Origin: Trypethelium eluteriae
Taxonomy: Eukaryota
DNA: 34,977 nt
Assembly (NCBI GenBank): GCA_051942245.1
Contig: JAVECL010000221.1
Coordinates: 1 to 34,977, forward strand
Direction: 5' to 3'
The notes under the pieces were generated by a model. It made no database searches. It was given only the letters and a program-made list of their open reading frames with translations, and was not told where the DNA came from. Below are positions 1 to 10,900 of this stretch, piece after piece (the stretch's first letter is position 1; each line of letters starts with the position of its first letter). The position numbers were made by a program, and so were the translations under genes.

Positions 1-994
1 TATATATATATATATATATAATATAAATTTTAATAATATAAAATAGTTTTTTTAAAATATTTATAAAGTGGTTTGCTTTTTAATTTATTTATAAATACTT
101 TTAATAATTAAATAAATCTAATAAAGCTGTAGATATTTTTATCTAACTTCCTCTGTATATATATAAACTTATTTAGATTATTTTAGGCTAGAATTTTTTA
201 GGCTAAATTTCTATTAGAATTTAGCTAGATTTTTTGTTTTAGCTAATTTTTTTTTAACTGGTGTTTAAAATATTATTTATTAATAGTTTTATTAGTAAAT
301 AGTACTTTTTTTACCAGTCTAAAAAAATAATTTATTAGTAATTTTTTAATAGTTCTTTTTTATTTATAATCTAGCTAAGAGTTTTACTAAGAATTCTGTA
401 AAATTATATATATTAAAATAGTTTTATTTTTTTTATTAGGGTTTTTTTAATTCTAAATAATATTTCTCAGTACTATTAAAATTATAAAAATCTATTTTAT
501 AAAAAAAATATAAAATAAAAAGTAATTATTTATTATTATTATTTAAATTTTTTTTTTTTTTTAGAATTTATAAATATCCCTAGCTATGTTTAACTGTAAA
601 TATATTTAATTTATATATATTAGTATTTTTTAACTTATTTTAAGTTATTTTAAGTCTATTTTATATAACCTATTTTTAATACTTTTAATATGTATTTAGT
701 AAAGCTGTATTAAAATAAGTTATAGGTTTTTAAAAGTTTTTTTTATTATTATAACCCTTTTATTTAATAAAATACTTTTATTTTTTTATATTATTTTGTT
801 TTACATTTAATACTATTTTTATATTATAAATTATATTACCTTTTGTTTAGAAAGTTTATACAGAAGTAATATTAAAGTAAAAAAATAAAATTATTCTTAT
901 TTTACAGCTTTAAAAATAATATGTAAAATATAAAATATATTATAGCTAAGTTTTATAAGTTTAGTTTATATATAATTAAAAATACTTTAGCTAT
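1..994. repeat. Extremely AT-rich, RIP-degraded repeat/transposon relic
   Basis: Almost no G/C, strong TpA excess and CpA/TpG depletion, starts in a (TA)n run, no ORF of 60 aa or more; original element not recognisable. Confidence 0.8.
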
Positions 995-1617
995 TGTTAT
1001 GAACATGTTCACCGTGAAGGGTGGCGGGGTCAACGGCACACGGAACACTGCTACAGAACACAAGGGTAAGGAGCTGAAGTCTAACCGAGTGATCAGTGGC
1101 AGCCTAGAATGATCAGTACTAAGCAGCAACGCTCAGTACTAAGTATTATTGCTTAGGTGTGAGCACAATAGGAGGGCCACTAAGCAGACTACAGAATTGC
1201 AAGTATAAAAAAAAGCATTGTATCACCCTCTGGCTGAAGTCTTCTTGCGTTTTATTACAACACTGTATCTCACAGTTAGTTATAAGTTAATTAAATAAGT
1301 CCTTATTTATTACAAGTTGTTTAAAGTTGATCGGTCTTCGGTGATTAGTTACTGATCGGAACTGATCGGTGAATATATATACAGAAGACAGGAGCCCAGC
1401 ATAACTGGACTTCCTCGCGTTTTATTACAATACTGTATCTCACAGTTAGTTATGAGTCAATTGAACAAGTCCTTATTTATTACAAGTTGTTCAAAGCTTA
1501 GTAACCTTCTTACATACATTGGATCCGTGACACTCCGCTCCTACGTGAAAAAACCCTGAGACCATTCTACGTACCTGCTACAAGCCGGGCTCGTACCAGG
1601 GGTATAGGCTCATAACA
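995..1617. mobile_element. LTR of a retrotransposon (~620 bp)
   Basis: Abrupt GC rise at 995; termini TGTTATGAAC...GCTCATAACA form a 9/10 inverted repeat with canonical TG..CA ends; TATA-like ATATATATA near 1373-1381; internal duplications. Flanks GCTAT/GTAAG are not a target-site duplication. Confidence 0.65.
1241..1497 (+). repeat. ~85-bp direct repeat, two copies (about 1241-1327 and 1411-1497) inside the LTR
   Basis: GCGTTTTATTACAA(C/T)ACTGTATCTCACAGTTAGTTAT...CCTTATTTATTACAAGTTGT present twice, 170 bp apart; mismatches are transitions. Confidence 0.95.
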
Positions 1618-1789
1618 GTAAGAAGAGCGACTCCAAACAAGACAATTGATACGAAGGACGATAGCTAAAGAGCTAGATACAGGTGACGACGCAGACATCA
1701 ATATATAATGTGGTTCACGTGATGTCGCTAGCCGATGTGGGGAAGCTAGCCAACCAACCAACAGACCAACCGAAGGCAGCAGCCTTACA
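1618..1789. mobile_element. Second, short LTR or LTR fragment
   Basis: GC-normal segment GTAAGAAG...GCAGCCTTACA ending in CTTACA (reverse complement TGTAAG), TATA-like ATATATAA inside, sharp switch back to AT-rich DNA at 1790. Confidence 0.5.
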
Positions 1790-2330
1790 CCTTTTTATAA
1801 AATAATGTAATTAATATTTTTTATATTTATATAAGCTTTATTTTATTTATAATAGAATAATTTAAAAGGCTTATTATTATTATAATATAATTTTATTTAT
1901 TTTAATATTATATTTTTTTTAATACTAAATTATTAACTTTATAAATATTTTTTAGGTTTTTTTGAATAACCTTTAATAATATTAGATAAAATTCAATATT
2001 TATATAAATTTTATTTAAATAAATAATTTAAATAAATAAAGCTATTTTAATATACTTTTTTTTAAATTTTATTAAATAAACTTTAAAATCCTTTATAAAT
2101 AATAAAGCTAATAAAAACTTTTTTTATTTAGCATAATTCTTTTTATTTTTAAATATTATAATTAAAAAGGGAAATTATTATATAATATCAAATACTTAAA
2201 AAAGAGGTAAAATATTAAAAAAATTTATATTAAAAATAAATCAAATAATATGTTAAAAAGGCACAGCTCTAGGCTTATAACCTAGTATTATAATATATAA
2301 TAAAATCAGAGGAAATAATTTAATTAACCT
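1790..2330. repeat. AT-rich RIP-degraded sequence grading into normal GC
   Basis: TpA-rich, GC very low; GC recovers gradually over ~2260-2450. Confidence 0.75.
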
Positions 2331-2413
2331 ATTTAGGTTGCCTAAAGTGCAGGCTATTATATAAACCTCCTTTAATAAAGGTAAGGGCAAAGAGAAATTA
2401 GAATTTACTACAG

Positions 2414-2969
2414 GGCGTAAAGATCTATATTAAGGGATCCAAGCGCGTATGTGATGTGGTAGACACCACCTCCGAGGCTATCTTGATTAGATCCTACTCC
2501 ATGAACAACATCAAGTATAAAGCTTTCTGATCTATTGTAAGTCTGATTGAGGTTTCCATTAAATGTATTGGTTCCCGAAGAGGTTCAATATACGTGCGAC
2601 TCTGAACGTATTGACTATTGAGTAGTGGGATATTCTGCCGTTGGATTTCCTAAAGTCACCGAACCTCTTTACATTTCTTTTGAGGCTCGGTTGTCTCCCC
2701 AGAATGTCAAGCTCTTCAATTCGAGCAACGGACCAGTTGAAATCTATACCCGCACCGCTGTTAGTGATATTCGCACCACCACCATCTACCGCAGTCGAGT
2801 TTCCTGATTTGATAGATTTGGAGGCCTACGTAAAGCTTGTCTTTCGAAGAAAGATTCTAGGGCAAGTCTCTTAGCAGATCTATCACTTTTCTACGCCCAT
2901 ACTGACCGGGAAAAAATCGTAAACTTCTTTGACATCGTATTCGCCTTCAACAATAGCAGCAGGCTCTAA
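2414..2969 (+). pseudogene. Possible damaged gene relic, product unknown
   Basis: Protein-like frame GVKIYIKGSKRVCDVVDTTSEAILIRSYSMNNIKYKAF*SI, GTAAGT donor at 2537, branch/acceptor TTGAC..TAG near 2611-2625, then coding-like frames broken by stops; downstream frame ambiguous. Confidence 0.3.
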
Positions 2970-3300
2970 TAATTCTATGATTTGGTGATCGCTTCCCAAG
3001 CCGATAGGCGCACGTCCGAACGTCATTAAACCAAAGCGGTAAGTTTTTTGACAAAGAAGCTTGTTCTGAAATCGGTTACAGCTGAACAACATCGAGTTTT
3101 TGAGCAGCATATATCAATACGACCATTTCTGTTAAAAGAAGTGGCTGATTCTGCTCCTAGTAGTCGCCTTTGCGTCGAGGCATCAGTGGCCTCATCAGGT
3201 TTGCCTACTCCTGGAGCAGTAGCTGCATTTGGTAATCCTGCAGTACAAATTTTGGACAGGACTTGTCTTGCTGCTTCCGCTTCTATTGATTCTGCTGTGA

Positions 3301-6300
3301 CTAATCCTCGAATTGTCGAGCCATTAATAGCCTCTTCTTGTTTTGCCGCTCCAGGAGCAGTAGTCGCATTTCGTAATCCTGCTGATTCTGCCGCTGCTGA
3401 CTCTGCCCCTGTCGAGGCCGCTGTTGCCTCTCCTTGATTTGTTGCTCCAGAAGCATTATGTCCAGTTGGTAGTCTTCCAATGCAAAATCTGGAGGGGGCC
3501 TGTCCTTTTTCGGTATGAGACCATCGCGATATCTAGCGAGCATGTGAGGGCTAACCAGTCTCCTACCAATCATTGCTTCAGCTATGGAGTCATGTGCTGA
3601 GGATGTCGCCAAATCAAATGGACTCTCCTCGTCATGATTGCGTATGTTGACATCGATTCCGCCTGTCGCTAGCAATGCTCGAACAAGGTCCAAACGTCCT
3701 AGTTTAACCGCGAAGTGTAAGGCAGTGCAGCCTCCCTGTCGATCTTGGAAGTTCACGTTACTGATACCATTCGTGGCCAATAGCTGGTCCACTACAGCAA
3801 CTTGGCCTGCCCTTGTGGCCATTTGTAGAGGTGTACGGCCAAGGCAAACGCGATCTATATCGAATCTTCCCGTCTCCAATAACAATTTCACCTTTTTCTC
3901 GGGATTTTCAGTCCTGTATCTGGTTGCGTGCCACAGTAGATCTTGATTGATAGCGATGTCTTTAGGACTTCTTTCCAGCAAGCGCTGAAGAATAGCGGGG
4001 CACGAATGGACTAAAGCGACTCGAAACGGAGAATCAGGTTCCGTTGAACTCCAATCAAGTTTGCCCGAATCTACAAACAGCATTGCTTTGGCTGTTGATG
4101 ACATATGGACTGCTTCTCCAAACGCGGTTCTCTTCGAATTCCCTACTCTCGCTGTGGTAACGATGCCGTCTAATGATAGAAGATATTGAAGCACTTCGAG
4201 ACCCTGAGCATGAACTGCTTCTGATAATGCTGACTTTTTCTGCGAGGTAATGCGATTAATATTTGCACCATTTTTAACAAGCATCTTGCAGATTTGTAAC
4301 TGGGAATTTTGGACTGCGTGGATCAGTAGGCTGTCGCCGGCTTTGTCTGTCACATCAACGTAATTTCCGTCATTCAGGAAAGTCTCAACCGATGATACGT
4401 CGCCCTGAGAAGCGGCGTAAAAGACATCATGATATACGGTCTTCGGTCGCTTGCGGGAGATAAACATTTCGCTGCTTCTCGAGTTGTGATGGTGTCGCAA
4501 GTGGCCCTCTAACTGCCGTTGATCCTCAAACCCAAACTTTGCGAAGGCACAATCCCTTTCTGTGCATGTAAATGGTCGATCATGCCGATCTAAATGTGTC
4601 CTTCTAGTGGCATCGGACACAAATCCTGTCAGGAAGTAATAGCATCCGATCTTGGGGCACTTGAAGTTCTGCAGCCCATAAAGCTCCCGTACGCGATGTT
4701 CACATGTCTCATCGAGATACGAATCACATGCAAGAGACCGAATTTTCTCTCTGATGCGCAAATTTCGTTGCTCCAGGTCAAAGCATTTGCTCCGTGCTCT
4801 GGCGGTCGGATGCATATTCCGAAGGACTGTGGCCAGACCTGAGCTTCCTCCGCTCTCGTGTAATATTGCACGGTCATCAGGGATCGCGTAAGCGTCAATA
4901 AAATTCTTCAGACACGCCTCTATGTCATCACGTGTGGCTTCTGGACAGTCTCTGTGCTCGTCTATTGTGGCTATGATATGTTCAACCGTGTACGTGACTG
5001 CATATTCATGGAAAGCAAAGTATCCAGCAAGAATCCATTTGGTGAGATCATCTTCGCTTGATGCAAGGTTAAAGGGCAGTGATGTTAAATATGCGGCGCA
5101 GAAGAGACCCATTTTTGCATGTCCTTGTGAGATCTCAAGAAGTCCCTTTTTTATTAAATAACTGTTTACGGTACATTAGTTTCAGCGAAATAAGGAGGAC
5201 TTCGCACTTACTGGCGCGCGCTTTCATGCACAAGAGTCAGCGTAGCATCGCCATCTAGCTGATTATCCTCTTTGCAAAGATCAATGAGTGAGCTACAGAG
5301 CTTCTTGCAACTCTTGCGAAGTTTTCGGCCCTGGTAATCGCAGTCACTTGTCTTTGGGTCAATGAAAAAGAAGGCCTGAATTTCCCTCCACTTCAAGGGT
5401 CGGAAAGCGCATGTCACTGCTTCAATGATTTGCATTGCTGCCCTTCGTTGCGGACCGACCTTGAGCAAGTTGGCAACGATACGATCATACCTTTGTCAAC
5501 ATTAGCATGAAAGTAACAGCCAGGCGTGTGAATACCAACGCATCTTTCAGATCAACAGGAAAAAGTTCGCGGTCTATTTCCTTGAGTAGTTCATTGCGGC
5601 TCAATTGGTTCGAAAGATTTTCCATTACGAGCTTTGCAAATAAAAACATACCTAAAATCTGCAGTTAGAAGAGATTCCAAAAAGATGAAAGGGATCTCAC
5701 TCTTTGCAGACTCGGTAGTGCGCTTTACAATGGACGACTCGGTTTGAGAGTCGATCTCGAACTCGTCTGTCAGATCATGTGCTCTTCTCTTGACGTAAGT
5801 GAAAATATCTTGCTGATGTTGTTCATTTTCCAAGCATATCTCCTCTGCAGAAGATAGTAGTCGCTGAAGGATCTCGATGCGCTGGCCTACACATGCGAGA
5901 CGAATGCGTCCGGAATCCAAAGATTCCTGCTTTTTACAACGAGAAACAAACCATGAGATTGCTTTCTCTGCTTCTTCAGATGTGCATTCATCCAGGCCAT
6001 CAAGGACAATAAAGGAAACGCTCTGGCTAGCAAACGCAACATCTACTAGCTCTTCAAGCATTGCTGTCATCATGACTCTGTTTTTCGTGGAGCACACTTC
6101 GTAGATATAAGACAGCGAAGAACTATCCTGGCCGATGGATTGAGCAAGTAGGGCCCGAAGTATATCACCAAAGGTGTTTTGTTCGTGTTGATGCTTGCAA
6201 TAGAAGTATAGCACTGGACTCTTGCGATTCATGAGCTTATTTATGACAGTGGATGCCAATATAGTTTTGCCTTACAGTTGTCAGTCAAAGTGTGACCGCA

Positions 6301-7342
6301 AGACAGAGGAGAACTGACCAGCTCCAGGAACTCCGTAGATGTAAAGTAGAGGGTTTGCCCAACTTTGTTCTTCGGACCAAGCTAGGAATTTAGGGTCTTC
6401 AGATATCCATTGGCCTGTCGAGCTACCCTTTTTCTGTTCGGTGGCAATATCATGATCTAATTGGAAGTCAGGTGGACTCAGCTTCTCCATCACTGCAGAG
6501 AGCTGCTTCCGTTTTTCAAGTTGCGATATTTCCAAAAATCGAGCCTCGGCAAGCTCTCTCACGGCCTGCGCCTCTAGTATGGCTGCAGTACTCTTCTCGC
6601 TTTCAATCCACTCCTTATGTCGACCTAGACTGTCCAGGATGCGCCGGAATTGGGCGTCGAAACTCTTCCACGAAGATTGAAAGAATCTTTTCCATCCTGA
6701 TCACTGATCAGCATGTGATAGCCTTCCTTGAGAGATTTTGTACCAGGTCTACTCAAAAATGGCAGTGCATGGTAGTGAAACTCAATAATATCACAGTAAT
6801 ATAGCTCTAAGGCTTTTCGACCTTGGGGATTCCTCCCGAATAGTGTTTCATACTGCTTTAGAGATGGCATTCTTTCACCAATCTCTTCATACGCCTTCAA
6901 TATGATGTCTAAAGACTCGAACCACTTTTCGGCCACCTGATACTGTGAGTTTGGTTTCCAAGAACCATTCAATACACGAGCTCATACCAGTAGCGAGAAC
7001 TTGATAGGTCCCTGGAAAGATCTCATCAATCATGTCTGTAGTGTTCTCGAGTGTAAAACCTACCCATACATAGCCCATAAACGGCGTGGAGTTGAGGAAT
7101 CTGTCAACCATTTCACCTAATTGGCTCATAGCATCGAGAAAGCCTTCGATACGTGCCATGTTTCGAAGTTCCTTTGAGCTTCCATGCTTCATTTGGATGT
7201 CTGATATTGTCTTATAAACATCTTCCAAAGTGCTATGTGAAAATTCACTTCTTTGTTTGGACGTTAGGCTATCAACAAATTTAGATTCTGCGCGCTGGAT
7301 GATGAGGCTCTGTCGGTTTTCTCGAGATTTTGAGGAAGACAT
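3301..7342 (-). CDS. NLR-like STAND protein: helical N-terminal domain, NACHT NTPase, winged helix, two C2H2 zinc fingers, ankyrin repeats, Q-rich tail with Som1-like motifs (8 exons, roughly 1200 aa)
   Basis: Seven GT-AG introns join the ORFs in frame: GYVW|GPIKFSLL (typical fungal STAND N-terminus), Walker A IYGVPGAG|KT split by intron 6271-6318, Walker B FIVLDGLDEC, MFLFAKLVM, RPLKWREI, LVHESAR; CPKIGC..HLDRH and CTERDC..HLRHHH fingers; ANK motifs GRTPLQMA, GCTALHFA, EESPFDLA. Confidence 0.93.
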
Positions 7343-7911
7343 AGCCCTCTGCTGTCATGTCAAGTCATAACCATGCAACGGAGTAGAATAAGAGATAGCA
7401 GACTTGCAAGTACGCTATCGTGGGAGTGCCCGCGCGGGCCTAGGGAAGGGGTTGAAGTGCACCATGGCAGGAGGCGGCGGTGGCTCTGCATCCACAGCCA
7501 CAAAGTCGGTGAGGTCTACTCTATGGCGAACCCGGCTTCGCGGCCACAGCCTCAAAATCGCTTGTGGCTTGCCCAAGGCGGACTCGGTACCGTACCGTAG
7601 AGTATCGCAGATTGCAGCCTCATCAGGAACCACCATCCGGATGCACACGTGGCAGCTTAGTCGATGCCTTACTGCACTGGTGAGCGGCTGTCATAGCCAC
7701 GAGCTACCCACTGTTCACTGCTCACTGCTCGGGCTCTGTCATGTCTCGTGTTACAATCTGAAGGAGTTCAACAACCGCGGCCGAATACTAGCTGCTGATC
7801 TCATTCTCTTGTTCTCGTCCCATTTACTTACGCAACTAAAGAAGCAGTCTCGCTAGACCGCTCCTCTAGGCCTTGGCCGCCTTGGCATATCAGTACAAGC
7901 ATTGCGGATCC
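7343..7911. promoter_or_regulatory. Divergent (putatively bidirectional) promoter region, 569 bp
   Basis: Lies between the ATG at 7342 (-) and the ATG at 7912 (+); function inferred from position only. Confidence 0.6.
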
Positions 7912-10900
7912 ATGACTTCTCGAAAGCGACAATTATCATTCCTACAAAGTACTGCAGCTGGTGAGCAGAAAAGACGTGTTCTCTCTTCTGGCGTCATACC
8001 TCAAACTGCAGAACAAATATGGTAAGCCTTAGCGAAGTTCTGTCCCATTTCACTTTTTCTTTCCTGAAACCCTCAAGTAATCATTCGAGTAGGCCCATAT
8101 CCAGAGAGTTGCAGTCGACTAGGAATGTACTGCCTTCATGCGACAGGGACATCAAGTCCGAACACGCTTCCCTTATCGAGGACGACGCAGAATCTCGTGT
8201 GCAAAATACCAATTTGCCTGAACAGCTACCCAACGTGCGTCCCCAGTGGCAACGGAAAAATCCGGCTTCCAGCCAAAGGAAAATCGAAATTTGCTACGGA
8301 GCGGTAAGAATTCTGAGTTTTGGAAGAACAATAGGGACTAATTGCGGACCAAGTTGTTTGGCTCCAAAGCTGCCTGGGTGAAGATGTTTGACCTCGACAA
8401 AAGCTTCTTTCTTGCTGCTCTCAAAGATAGACAAGCTCTTCAACGATATTGTGTCAGCTCAAGAGATGGTTATTATGCATTGCTGTCTCCAGATGGGAGG
8501 GATTTTGCAATTCTTGACAATAGATCCTACAAAGCCCTCAATGCTACTCAGGCCTTTGAGTCGGTTAGATTTCAAGCGGTCATCCAGCGTACTGACTCAA
8601 AGATGCAAGCTACGGCAGTCGAGCCAACTCATAAGGTGGACCATGCAGCTGACGTTTCAATAAACGTGTACGGAAGCTTTGACTTGATGAGACCGGTGGG
8701 ATCTGCACTTGCCCGTTTTGGAAAGGCCTTACAGCACCCAGATTGTGTTGATCCCGGAATTGACTACAAAAACCCCCATTTCTTCCATATTCCTGGCCAG
8801 GAAACGGATCTCAACAGCCTTGTCAAACCCACTGATACTTCGCAAGAGATGAAGGCTAGGATATCATTAGAGATTGGCCAGATCATCGATTCATTAGATG
8901 CTATTGATTTCGAATACGAGATGCCAACGAGTCAAGGCATATTAACACCCCTCTTGAGGTAGCGTACCTCCGTGCTAAGGATTGAAGTTCGTCTGACCTT
9001 TCGAAAGCCACCAGAAAAGCGCATTAAAGTTTATCAGATGGAGAGAAAGTCATCTGCTCGAAACCTCCCTTTGGAGGCGAACAGATGAATCCAAAGGCTG
9101 GTTTGTCATACCGTACTTCCAAGAGAGTTGTAGAACGAACGATCCACTAACAGATATAGTGAATTTGCAAACGAAATCACTGGAATGCGGGAAAATGCCC
9201 AACCCGAAATCGCTGCCGGAGGTATTATCGCGGACAAGATGGGCCTTGGAAAGACTTTGACCATGTTAAGTGCCATAGTTCATTCAAGAGATGACGCATT
9301 TTGCTTTGAAACACTGTATTCACCGCTTTTGAAATGTGAAGACTCCCTTTGCTCAAGCAGAGCTACACTAGTTGTCGTCCCTTCAACACGTAAGTAGTCT
9401 TCGCTCAAGTCATACGAGCAGAGAAATAATTCATCTGTCTAGAAGTCATGGAGGTTTGGAGCTCAGAGATAGACCGGTTAGTTTGAGAATCAATCCAAAC
9501 GACGCACCTAATTAGTTTCTTAGGCACCTCGCCAAGGGGCTTTTACATACCGTCAAGTTCCATGGCAATCGCCGTGAAACCGATCCTCGGGTACTGGGTG
9601 CTACTGATGTGGTTCTAACGACTTTTTCAACCCTCATGAAAGACTACCAAAACAAAAAGGTATTGTATCATATAGCATGGTTTCGTACCATCCTTGACGA
9701 AGGTATAAGCTTCGCAATGTTATGCTTATAGTCACGCGATTTGCTCACTCCTGTGCAGCACATTGGGTTCGTAATCAAGAAACAGTACAGTTTCGTGCGG
9801 TCAATACCCTCCATGCAGACCGAAGGTGGTGCTTGACCGGGACTCCCTTTCACAATAAACTTGAGGATTGGGGCGCGCTTGTACGATTCCTCAAAATCGA
9901 CCCATTTCATGGCAAGTCCGCAAAGGCAATGTTCAGCCGTTACATCATTGATCCACTATTTTCCGATGACGACGACCCATGTCGAAATTTTCGAAAGGTA
10001 TTACGGCTTATTTGCTTGAGAAGAAAGGAGCAAGATCATTCCAAATTGGTCGCACGTTACGAGACCGCCAGGGTAGAACTAAGGCCGGCTGAAAGAGCAC
10101 TCTATGAAAAGGTCATCGATCAAGCCCGGACAGATGCGGACCTGCTAGCAAGCTCCAGTACCAACTCTAGCGCGCAAAAATACATAAAGACCGTCACACT
10201 CATCTTGCAACTCAGAATGATTTGCGTGCTGGGATCATCCTGGGATGGCTTGAAAGTCTCGAATACGGGCCTCGTTGCAGGCCATGTAACTCCTCAGTAT
10301 CAGATTGGCGATGAATATACCCAAGGATGCGATGTGTGTCAAGACAAAGAGTCGCTCATTTTATTGAAGGGAATGACTTTTTGTCCGGGTTGTTCCCAAA
10401 TACTCCGGGGCTCTGGTGCAAGATCTCCTAGTGGAAACTTGCATCTCCCGCAATCTTCAGGTATCTCTTCATCATTGCCAATCAGTGCAGACACCGAAGC
10501 AGGATTCTTGAAAAATGAATCTTCGACCACAGCCGGGGATCAGCAGCCACTTGACTGCGAGGGGTCTTCATCCGAGAGATGTTCGTCAAAGACATCCGCC
10601 GTCGTTCAGAATATATGCCAAAACATAAATCATTCAAAAAGGCGCGTATTGGAGACTTGCGCCCACCTCAATATTTTCTAACCGCTCATTAGCATCGTCT
10701 TCTCATATTGGAAGAAACCGTTAGATGTGCTTGGAGAAATGCTGAGTCTCCAAATGATCAGCTTTGTCCGTATCGACGGTAATGTCACTTTTTCGGAGCG
10801 CCAGAGACAGCTAGAGGCATTCCGGGAACGACCTGAAGTCTCTACTCTGCTCATGACATTTAGCACGGGGGCAGTCGGGTGAGCGCTAGCTGAATGAGTG

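Noticed and set aside
3048..3437. 129-aa plus-strand ORF with repeated PGAVAAFGNPA-like units
   Set aside because: Antisense shadow of the repeated DYQMQL motifs on the minus strand.
3600..4430. Ankyrin array as a high-internal-conservation hypervariable repeat like het-e/het-d WD40 arrays
   Set aside because: The repeats are strongly diverged from each other; no near-identical DNA units seen.
7373..7856. Overlapping ORFs (75-150 aa) in the NLR-SNF2 spacer as a hidden third gene or amyloid signalling peptide
   Set aside because: No recognisable motif, mostly non-ATG starts, expected by chance in GC-rich DNA.
9101..9159. Apparent TGA created at an SNF2 splice junction
   Set aside because: Using the AG at the end of ATATAG, at normal distance from the CTAAC branch point, gives TGT and an open frame.
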